From: Pseudomonadota bacterium
Lineage (GTDB): Bacteria; Pseudomonadota; Alphaproteobacteria; Rhodobacterales; Rhodobacteraceae
NCBI GenBank assembly: GCA_039028815.1
Contig: JBCCHI010000004.1
Coordinates: 221 to 64,220, forward strand
Reading direction: 5' to 3'
DNA: 64,000 nt
Positions 56,927 through 64,000 of the stretch are shown here, in pieces. Under the pieces are notes generated by a model, which was not told the origin of the DNA, did no database searches, and was given only the letters and a program-made list of their open reading frames with translations. The translations under genes and the position numbers were made by a program. Positions within the stretch are counted from its first letter, which is position 1, and every line of letters starts with the position of its first letter.

Positions 56927-56978
56927 GTGGTCTCTCCTTTTCCGTAAACCTGACGCAGTGACGAAAAAATGACAAACA

Positions 56979-56999
56979 ATGCTTTTTGAGGTTAAGCAT
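56979..56999. promoter_or_regulatory. Candidate LysR-type binding site (ATGCTT-N9-AAGCAT)
   Basis: Dyad in the AT-rich divergent spacer between the aldolase and LysR genes. Fits the T-N11-A LysR box pattern. Confidence 0.35.
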
Positions 57000-57039
57000 T
57001 AAGAAAACTAATGATTGGGTTATTTAAGGGTTCGGACGC

Positions 57040-57933
57040 ATGACCGGCAGGCAATTGCCCCCCCTTACATGGCTGCGCGCCTTCGAGGCTTCGGCGCGCC
57101 ACTTGTCCTTCACGCAAGCGGCGCATGACCTGAACCTGACGCAAAGCGCGATCAGCCAGCATGTGCGGAGCCTTGAAGAGCATCTGGGGCACCCTCTGTT
57201 CGTCAGAAACCCGCGCGCGCTGCGCCTGACAGAGGCCGGGGCAAATTACCTGCCCAGTGTGCGCGAGGCATTCGATCTTCTGGCGCGCGGAACGCAGGCA
57301 CTGACCGGTGGGGGCTCCAGACATCGTCTGGCGGTGCATTCCAACCTGTCATTTTCAGTGCACTGGCTTGCCCCGCGACTGCGCGGTCTTGCACGGCTTC
57401 ATCCCTGGCTGCGGCTCAATCTGACCACATCGGCCTGGGAGGAAGGCAATCCGTTCGGAGAGCGTACCGTTGAAATTCGCTTTGGTCGCCCCGGGGACAT
57501 GCCGGATCAGGCCGTGCGCCTGAGCCACGACAGATCCTATCCCGTCTGTGCGCCGACATATCAGGCGGGACAGTATGATCTTGCCACGGCTCAGCTTTAC
57601 GATTGTGCCGGAATGGTGAGCACGTGGGACACATGGGCCCGCGCCACGAACACGCCCTTCGAGCGCTCGGGCGAAGTCACCCTGGCCTCAACGTATCTGA
57701 TCGGTCTGGGCGCGACGCTCGCCGGAGGGGGGATGGTGATGTGTCATGACATGCTGGTCTCCGGACTTCTGGCTTCGGGCACACTTGTCAGGCCGTTTGA
57801 AGGCCACGCGAAGATGACCGAAGGCTATTTTCTGATCCCTCCCGCCGAAAACTATGCAACCCCTGCCAGCCGCGCGTTTACGGACTGGCTGCTGACAGAG
57901 ATCCGTGCCGGGCACGATCACGGCACGGTGTAG
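57040..57933 (+). CDS. LysR-family transcriptional regulator
   Basis: LPPLTWLRAFEASARHLSFTQAAHDLNLTQSAISQHVRSLEEHLG HTH. Confidence 0.92.
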   Translation: MTGRQLPPLTWLRAFEASARHLSFTQAAHDLNLTQSAISQHVRSLEEHLGHPLFVRNPRALRLTEAGANYLPSVREAFDLLARGTQALTGGGSRHRLAVHSNLSFSVHWLAPRLRGLARLHPWLRLNLTTSAWEEGNPFGERTVEIRFGRPGDMPDQAVRLSHDRSYPVCAPTYQAGQYDLATAQLYDCAGMVSTWDTWARATNTPFERSGEVTLASTYLIGLGATLAGGGMVMCHDMLVSGLLASGTLVRPFEGHAKMTEGYFLIPPAENYATPASRAFTDWLLTEIRAGHDHGTV

Positions 57934-58093
57934 TGCAACCGCCTCAGGCGTGCGTTTTGCGTCTGCGTCGGCCGAAACTCAGTTTTGTCTTGGTTTCAAT
58001 CAGCGAAGTCACAATACTGCGCGCATCTCTTTTTTACGCCACCCGGCGAAACCACATTGAACTGAACGCATTTTCATGCCCCGGAGCATCACC

Positions 58094-58798
58094 ATGGTGA
58101 ACCCAAAGATCTTTATGATCGCCACCTCATCATCCATGATGAACAACGGCGAACCCACCGGCCTTTGGCTGGGGGATTTGACAACGCCCTACTACACCTT
58201 TGCCGATGCCGGCTGCGAGGTCACACTGACTTCGATGTCTGGTGGGCCGATCCCCGTCGAGCCGCGCAGTCTGCTGCCACGGGGGACAAACGAGCGGTCG
58301 ATCGAGCGCTACCTGGGAGATCCGTCGTTGCAGGAGAAGTGCGAAACAACACTGCGATTCGACGCGGTGAGTCTGGCCGGGTTTGACGCGCTGTTTCTGT
58401 CGGGGGGCCACGGAGCGATGTTCGACTTTCCGGGAAACGAGGCGCTGACCGGCGTCATCGAAGCATTCGATCGCGCAACGAAGGTGATTGCCGCCGTGTC
58501 TCACGGACCGGCCGGTCTGATCGACGCACGGTCCGAAACCGGTGCGCCCTTTGTGCGCGGACGTCATGTTGCGGCGTTCACCGAGACCGAGGAGCGGGCC
58601 GCCGGATTGCAGGACGCCATGCCATTTGGGCTGGAGTCCCGGTTGCGCGCGCTCGGCGCACTCTATCAGGCCGGGCCGGACTCGGGCCCGTTTGCCGTGC
58701 GCGACGGTCGATTGATCACGGGTCAGAACCCTGCCTCTGCCGCCCGGGTTGCAGATCTTGCACTGGATGCGATCGGCCAGACGAAAGAGGCGGCCTGA
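58094..58798 (+). CDS. DJ-1/PfpI (type 1 glutamine amidotransferase-like) protein with Ser at the nucleophile position
   Basis: GGAG SD. Family fold pattern, with AAVSHGPAG where AAVCHGP is expected. Confidence 0.75.
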   Translation: MVNPKIFMIATSSSMMNNGEPTGLWLGDLTTPYYTFADAGCEVTLTSMSGGPIPVEPRSLLPRGTNERSIERYLGDPSLQEKCETTLRFDAVSLAGFDALFLSGGHGAMFDFPGNEALTGVIEAFDRATKVIAAVSHGPAGLIDARSETGAPFVRGRHVAAFTETEERAAGLQDAMPFGLESRLRALGALYQAGPDSGPFAVRDGRLITGQNPASAARVADLALDAIGQTKEAA

Positions 58799-58869
58799 CG
58801 TGGCATAACAAAGATCCACGCGCTTGTCGTAACGGCATGCCACGGGCTTTGGGCCGCATGGTTACGTGT

Positions 58870-59637
58870 TCAGACATCCCTCAGAATCGCGAGAACCGCG
58901 CTTGAGATGTCGGGCGCGACAGCGCTCGGGGCGGGTGTAAAACGGGTTTCGTCCCCCGGTTGATACTTACCGGTCTGAACGAGAACCGCGTGTCCGACAC
59001 CCGCCGAAATTGCCCCGGCGACATCGCTTTCGGCATCATCACCGATCATGATCACCGTGGCTGCATCACACCCCAGTTGAGCGACACCGGCCTGAAAGAA
59101 GGACGCGGAGGGTTTTCCGAAAAGCCGAGCCCGGGTTCCGCTGGAATACTCCAGCGCCTGCACAAACGCCCCTGCATCCATGCTCAACGCACCATCGGCA
59201 TCGCGAAATGTCCGGTTGGCCGCCAACGCAAGAAAGGGCGCACCTTCGTTCAGCACCCGAAACGCTGCATTGAGCCTCTCATAGGTGAAAAACTGCCCGG
59301 CATCTCCAAGCACGACGGCCGGTGGGCCGGTGCGCGGCACATCCTTGAAATCCTCTTCCAGATCCGGGTGCACCAGCAGATGCGGCGCGCGCCCTTCCCG
59401 CCGCAACCAGTCACAGGCCGCCGCGGCAGGTGTCAGCAGCTCTTTTGCCGCAATATCAAATCCCATCCCCGCAAGGCTGTGCAGGATGCCTTTTCTGGAC
59501 CGACGCGTCGAGTTGGTCAGAAACCGCAGGGGCAGGCCCGCCGCGCGCAGGCGCGCAACCGCCTCCGCAGCCCCGGCAACGGGGCGTGTGCCGTCGTAAA
59601 GAACGCCGGCAAGATCCAGCAGAACGCCCTGTGTCAT
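58870..59637 (-). CDS. HAD-IIA family hydrolase
   Basis: VLLDLAGVLYDG motif I, FLTNST motif II, MIGDDAESD motif IV. Start at ATG 59637 or GTG 59664. Confidence 0.8.
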   Translation of the reverse strand: MTQGVLLDLAGVLYDGTRPVAGAAEAVARLRAAGLPLRFLTNSTRRSRKGILHSLAGMGFDIAAKELLTPAAAACDWLRREGRAPHLLVHPDLEEDFKDVPRTGPPAVVLGDAGQFFTYERLNAAFRVLNEGAPFLALAANRTFRDADGALSMDAGAFVQALEYSSGTRARLFGKPSASFFQAGVAQLGCDAATVIMIGDDAESDVAGAISAGVGHAVLVQTGKYQPGDETRFTPAPSAVAPDISSAVLAILRDV

Positions 59638-59688
59638 CGTGCTTGTACCGCGCTTGTCTGTCACGGAGCGTACTGCAGACGGATATCG

Positions 59689-60864
59689 TCAGCCAAGTCC
59701 GGTCGATGGGCACGCCTGCATATCCGGGTCGAGCCGCGCGCCCAGGGCATTGGCCACCAGCTTCTGGAAATGATGCACCGCATGTTCGCTGAGTTCCGTC
59801 AGCCCTTCGTCCACGACAAACCGGCCCTGATTGTAGCCCGATGATTTCAGACCTTTCTGAACACTTTCGCAAAGGCCGATGTCCTCGGGCTGCAACACGT
59901 CGATCTGATAGTTGATTGCATCGCGCAACTGCGTCGTGACTTTGCCATCTTTCACGAACCAGTCCTGAAACTCGACACAGCGTTCCGGCGCGTCCGGGTT
60001 CATCTGCAGAACCGACAGATTGGCCTCGCCGGGGTAGGCCCAGATCGTAAAGTTGGGCCAGACGAACCACCCGGCATATCCGAAATCCACGTCGCCCGGT
60101 TGAAACGAGTAGGCCTTTGCGTTGAGGCTGCGGGGCTGACCCGCGCACTGGCTGGAGTACAGTCCGCAGGTGATCGTGCGGTAGCTGTTCATATCGACCA
60201 GATCGACGAAATCCTTGTGTGCCGGCGCGCAATGATAGCATTCAAGAAAGTTGTCTACGAGCACCTTCCAGTTGGCCGCCACGTCGTATGTATCGCGCTG
60301 CGCAAACTGCAGATCGTCGACCGAAGGCACATAGCGGCGGATTTCCTGCTCCAGATCCCCCATCTGCTCGGCAAAGGGTGCCGCATCCGGGTCAAGATTG
60401 ACCAGCACAAGCCCGCAGAACACCTCGACCCGCACAGGTTTCAGGGAAAACTCTTCTTTGCGGAACCCGCTGACATTCTCGGTGTTTCGCGCGGACCTGA
60501 GCACGCCGTCGAAATCGAACGCCCAGGCATGGTAGGGACAGGTGATCACGTTTTTCCGGCCTGTTCCGCTGACCAGTTCGTGTCCACGATGCGGACAGAC
60601 ATTGTGGAACGCGTTCAGTTCGCCCGATCGGCTGCGCGCCACAAAAACGTTCTGTTCGTGAATGCGCACGGTCAGGTATTGCCCGGCCTCGGCGACCTGA
60701 CTGGCATGCCCGGCATAGTACCACGACCGGTAGAAGATGGTCGCCTTCTCTGCCTCCCAGATATCGCGGTCATGATAGAACCGCGCGGGCAGGGTATAGG
60801 ACTGTTTGGGATCGGTACGAAAGGGCGCATCGCCCGGCATCAGGTCCAGGACTGGCAGAGTCAT
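59689..60864 (-). CDS. Rieske [2Fe-2S] oxygenase, alpha subunit
   Basis: CPHRGHELV...CPYHAWAF. C-terminal catalytic domain with ECYHCAPAH. Confidence 0.85.
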   Translation of the reverse strand: MTLPVLDLMPGDAPFRTDPKQSYTLPARFYHDRDIWEAEKATIFYRSWYYAGHASQVAEAGQYLTVRIHEQNVFVARSRSGELNAFHNVCPHRGHELVSGTGRKNVITCPYHAWAFDFDGVLRSARNTENVSGFRKEEFSLKPVRVEVFCGLVLVNLDPDAAPFAEQMGDLEQEIRRYVPSVDDLQFAQRDTYDVAANWKVLVDNFLECYHCAPAHKDFVDLVDMNSYRTITCGLYSSQCAGQPRSLNAKAYSFQPGDVDFGYAGWFVWPNFTIWAYPGEANLSVLQMNPDAPERCVEFQDWFVKDGKVTTQLRDAINYQIDVLQPEDIGLCESVQKGLKSSGYNQGRFVVDEGLTELSEHAVHHFQKLVANALGARLDPDMQACPSTGLG

Positions 60865-61176
60865 CTCATCCTCCTTGGCTGGTCATCCGGCATTAGACTA
60901 CACTGACCCGGTCCGGGGCAAATGCGGATTTCTGACCGCTTTGCCTAGTCAGAGGTCACCCGGGTGCCGATTGCCCCCTGTGATGAGGATGACCGACGAC
61001 GCACGCTCGCAACACTTGATCCGTGTCTCGGGCCAGCGCGACCGGTTCGGAGCAAGAGGCCCGCGTTGCGCTGACATTCACGACAAAAGGTCAGGCCAAC
61101 GTGGCGCAGGCCGTCGCCGCACGCATGTGTGGCGATGGTCCCTGTGATCCGACATCCCCGGACCGTGGCAATTCTC

Positions 61177-62013
61177 TCAGGGAACCGGCGAGACTTGCAC
61201 AAACGCGATTCCGTCGCAGACCGACAGTTGTTCTTCGTAGTTCAGGATATGCCGCGCGATGAACCGTTTTGCACGTCCTTGCGGTTGCTTTACGTGCGCA
61301 ACACACTGGTAGTATTCCGGCCCTGCGATCCCGAGAAGTTTGCAACGACTGTCTGCGCTCATTTTCCTCAAGGCCGGTTCCACATCCGGAAAACTGATCG
61401 CGTCATGTACCAGGATCACACCTCCCTTTGGCATCATCTGCGCCACGAGGCTGACATTCATCTGAGTCGCCGCAAAGGAGTGATCACCGTCAATGAACGC
61501 GAGATCAAACTCTCCGACCGGCTCGCGAACAACCCTGATATCCTCAAGAATTCGAAGTGCTTCGGCTCTGGTTTTTTGGGGTTCGTATTTCATGTAATCA
61601 TACAAAAACATCTCAGTGTTTTTTTCGCTAAGGCAGGCATCAACAAAGGATAGTCTGTTCAGAAAAGATACATTGAACAACTCAACGTGCTTTTTCAGAT
61701 CATCAAATACCCGGTGGCGCAACCTTGGATCAAGAGACGTGACAGTACACTCACTTGCGGATGAAACCTCACATATCCAACGCGTTGAAAATCCCAGAAA
61801 ACTGCCCACTTCCAGAATTGATCTGGGTTGATACTCATCAATAGCCGATTTTATGGAGAACGCATCGACCGGCTTTATCGAGCCTTGCAAAGCATGCAAA
61901 ATCTCATCGCGGCCGATTCCACTATAAAACGAGCTCAGAGAGTCTATAAATTCGCTACGCAAATCACTGTAAAGCTGCGCTGGAAAGTTCCGACCCGAGA
62001 GGCGTTGATGCAT
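61177..62013 (-). CDS. Class I SAM-dependent methyltransferase (AT-richer, likely acquired)
   Basis: ILEVGSFLGFST (motif I) and FIDGDHSF. Visibly lower G+C than its flanks. Confidence 0.75.
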   Translation of the reverse strand: MHQRLSGRNFPAQLYSDLRSEFIDSLSSFYSGIGRDEILHALQGSIKPVDAFSIKSAIDEYQPRSILEVGSFLGFSTRWICEVSSASECTVTSLDPRLRHRVFDDLKKHVELFNVSFLNRLSFVDACLSEKNTEMFLYDYMKYEPQKTRAEALRILEDIRVVREPVGEFDLAFIDGDHSFAATQMNVSLVAQMMPKGGVILVHDAISFPDVEPALRKMSADSRCKLLGIAGPEYYQCVAHVKQPQGRAKRFIARHILNYEEQLSVCDGIAFVQVSPVP

Positions 62014-62185
62014 AGTTCAGCAAGTCCTTCTGCAGATGGATCATGCACAGTATCATGAACAGGTCCCGTGCCGCCACTCTGGTTGTCCGAACGCAAACAA
62101 GCACCGCGCACGGAACAGGATTTCGGTCTTGCTTGCAACAGCGTCCGACGCGCTCGGGGCACCGGAACGCGGGCGACGCGCTGGC

Positions 62186-62644
62186 TCATTCTGTCAGATC
62201 CCGGACAAAACGCGGCAGAGTTCGCCCGGGAATGGAACCCGAACGCGCGCTCCCCTCATGCCTGCACCCCATCGCGCGGTAGAACAGAACGGCGTCAGGA
62301 TCGGCTTCGACAATCATCTGTGTTGCGTTCTTGTCGCGTGCGGCCGAGCAACTCCAGTCGAACAGCGTCCTGCCAATGCCTTTGCCCATGTCCGCCGGAT
62401 TCACGAAAAGCTTCTCAAGAAAACAGCCATCCCTGTCGTTTGAAACCTGTGCAAGACCCACCAGACGACCGCTGTCGACTGCAACAACAACCGAGTCGCG
62501 CTGCAGATCCTCTGCTTTCAGGGTCAGTTCCTCAACGCACGCGGCCATGAAGCTTTCATCGTACCCCCAATGCGCTTTTGAACGCAGACACAGATCGCTC
62601 GCCGCCGAAAGCTCATCTTGATGTGGTGGGCGCAACAAAATCAT
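62186..62644 (-). CDS. GNAT-family N-acetyltransferase
   Basis: LFVNPADMGKGIGRTLF acetyl-CoA-binding motif (Q/RxxGxG/A); 152 aa. Confidence 0.85.
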   Translation of the reverse strand: MILLRPPHQDELSAASDLCLRSKAHWGYDESFMAACVEELTLKAEDLQRDSVVVAVDSGRLVGLAQVSNDRDGCFLEKLFVNPADMGKGIGRTLFDWSCSAARDKNATQMIVEADPDAVLFYRAMGCRHEGSARSGSIPGRTLPRFVRDLTE

Positions 62645-62653
62645 GGGGCCAGT

Positions 62654-62766
62654 CTAAAGCGTTTCTCGACGAACCTGAATCACAGAGTGTCGCGTTCGCC
62701 GTGCATTGTTCCTATGCTGTGCGCCTTTCGCCTTTAGCTGGTATTTCGGGGTAAAGATGAAAGGCT
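62654..62766 (-). repeat. ~115-nt structured intergenic element, copy B (homolog of 22399-22514)
   Basis: The reverse complement aligns with copy A over its whole length. Ends 9 nt before the GNAT start. Confidence 0.85.
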
Positions 62767-62836
62767 TCCGCGTCTTTGCGAGGGGCCAGCCCCTCGCGCT
62801 ACCCGGGAGTACTTCGGGGTAAGGGTGAAAGGCTTC
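62744..62836 (-). repeat. Duplicated ~25-nt sub-unit (TTCGGGGTAARGRTGAAAGGCTTC) flanking a perfect 8-bp GC hairpin
   Basis: Units at 62744-62768 and 62813-62836. Hairpin GCGAGGGG-ccag-CCCCTCGC at 62778-62797. Confidence 0.75.
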
Positions 62837-63001
62837 AGGGTTCCGGATTGTGCCAGGCAACGGACAACCAGACCAAGCAGACGTCAGAGCGTGGTGCCGT
62901 CGCTCACCCAAGCCGACACACTAAGGCATTGAAAAAAATGAGATATCGCCCAAAACAAAAGCCACCTAAGGGCAGAAATGGACGCGCCCCATCGGAAATC
63001 C

Positions 63002-63078
63002 TGGTGGCGTGGGGGAGACTTGAACTCCCGACCTCACGATTATGAGTCGTGCGCTCTAACCAGCTGAGCTACCACGCC
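63002..63078 (-). tRNA. tRNA with CAU anticodon (elongator tRNA-Met type; tRNA-Ile2 not excluded)
   Basis: 77 nt and folds by hand: acceptor GGCGUGG/CCACGCC, D arm GCUC/GAGC, anticodon arm CACGA-CUCAUAA-UCGUG, T arm GGGAG-UUCAAGU-CUCCC, encoded CCA. The 1:72 pair is intact, so it is not an initiator. Confidence 0.93.
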
Positions 63079-63508
63079 AGAAGTCTGGGGGTCGTATGAC
63101 AGCGCGCCCTTGGGCGTCAAGCGAAAACCGAAATCCGGGGCATTGCCGGACGCGTCCGTGTAACCCGACAGAAAACAGAGTGTTCTTGAATTCGCACCGA
63201 TCGCCCTGCGCAGCGCGAATTCCAGCCGCAGAATTGGCTCAATTCGAAACGACTTCTGACCTGCGCCGGGCATTCGCTCTGCCTGGCAAAGCGACGTGCC
63301 CGGTCCCTGCTGCCATGCCTATCAACCGGGATTGCACGTCTTTCGAGTGCGCCCCTGCAGCGCAACTCGACTGGTGCGGGGGGACAGGTGATGACTGACT
63401 CATCAGGCGAAGTCCCTCCGCGCCGCTCGGCGCGCGCCCTGGCCTGACCCAGGGCCGCGCGGAACAACGCCACTTGCGCCGCCCTTTTATCGACAGCATC
63501 TTGGCGCC

Positions 63509-64000
63509 ATGTCCGAGAGCCTTCTGTCTGCCTTACGTGACGCGATCGGTCCGACACACGTTCTGACCGGCAGCGACACCGAAGCGTTTGCACGGGACTG
63601 GAGCGGCGCCCCCACCCCGCCACCGCTGGCGGTTCTGCGCCCCGCCAATACCCAGGAGGTGTCATCCTGTCTTCAGCTTGCCCACGCACAGTATTGTCCG
63701 GTCGTTCCGGTTTCGGGCGGAACCGGACTGACAGGCGGCACAGAGGCCGGAGACATGCTGATGCTGTCATTGGGACGGTTGAACTCGATCCGTGAGATCC
63801 GGCCGGAGGCACGCCTGGCGATTGTCGAGGCCGGGGTGATCCTGTCCCGTCTGCACGACGCGGTGGCCGACCATGATCTGATTTTTCCGCTCACGTTCGG
63901 TGCGCGCGGCTCCGCCCTGATCGGCGGAGCGCTGGCCACCAATGCAGGCGGCTCGAACGTGGTGCGCTATGGCAGTACCCGGGGTCTGTGTCTGGGACTA
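63509..64000 (+). CDS. FAD-binding oxidoreductase (GlcD/D-2-hydroxyacid dehydrogenase-like), 5' part; runs off the window
   Basis: Hand translation from ATG 63509: MSESLLSALRDAIGPTHVLTG...VVPVSGGTGLTGG...ATNAGGSNVVRYG (FAD_binding_4 pattern). No stop before the window end. Confidence 0.8.
   Translation, partial: MSESLLSALRDAIGPTHVLTGSDTEAFARDWSGAPTPPPLAVLRPANTQEVSSCLQLAHAQYCPVVPVSGGTGLTGGTEAGDMLMLSLGRLNSIREIRPEARLAIVEAGVILSRLHDAVADHDLIFPLTFGARGSALIGGALATNAGGSNVVRYGSTRGLCLGL

Noticed and set aside
60865-61176. Small ORFs (60806-61147 plus, 60945-61202 minus, 61023-61262 plus) in the spacer between the Rieske gene and the methyltransferase
   Set aside because: They mutually overlap, are Arg-rich, and have no SD or motifs. 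The 310-nt spacer is left unannotated.
22399-62766. The two inverted element copies as ends of a 40-kb composite transposon or invertible segment
   Set aside because: The interior is housekeeping (cob, rpmB, ubiA, gshA, pyrB, plsY, moaB). No transposase or recombinase was seen. The copies are only ~115 nt long and each abuts a gene start.
63117-63812. 231-aa ORF on the minus strand upstream of tRNA-Met
   Set aside because: It is Arg/Pro-rich and overlaps the well-supported FAD-oxidase start in antisense, so it is probably non-coding. The 430-nt GC-rich spacer 63079-63508 remains unexplained apart from a GAATTCGC...GCGAATTC dyad.
1-64000. CRISPR arrays, rRNA operons, IS elements, prophage or GTA genes
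   Set aside because: I scanned both strands by eye and through the ORF translations and found none. There are no regularly spaced direct repeats and no transposase, integrase, capsid or terminase-like translations.

Overview
High-G+C alphaproteobacterial (Rhodobacteraceae-like) chromosomal segment, densely packed with about 75 protein genes and 1 tRNA. No rRNA, CRISPR array, transposase or integrase was recognised. Most of it is housekeeping: rnc-lepB-acpS-pdxJ, spoT/rpoZ/folK, rnhA, fmt with two def paralogs, a cobalamin ring-methylation operon (cobH-cobL-cobI-cbiG/cobJ-cobM), rpmB, ubiA, rsmE, gshA, pyrB-orf-pyrC'-plsY, moaB, an RND efflux pair, and assorted regulators and small-molecule enzymes. 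The stand-out is at the left edge (387-3952, minus strand). There a patatin-like phospholipase is translationally coupled to a 766-aa membrane protein. That protein combines a K+-channel-like pore module with a degenerate filter, two Rossmann/RCK-like domains, a clear RyR domain and a C-terminal SLOG/YpsA-like domain. The pair sits in an accessory-looking block that occupies the position downstream of rnc where era is usually found. I read it as a candidate, apparently undescribed, two-gene conflict or membrane-signalling module. Secondary observations:
- a def paralog lacking the catalytic Cys and Glu;
- a pseudo-dihydroorotase (PyrC') with an unknown tail-anchored ORF wedged into pyrB-pyrC';
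- a ~115-nt structured element present twice, each time directly 5' of a small enzyme gene (VOC, GNAT);
- a perfect 22-bp palindrome with a half-copy inside the cob operon;
- a long cob leader that may hold a B12 riboswitch, followed by a His-rich mini membrane protein;
- an AT-richer methyltransferase islet next to tRNA-Met.
Gene starts were refined by eye (SD motifs, stop/start overlaps) and several remain uncertain. All homology calls rest on motif recognition, not on database searches.
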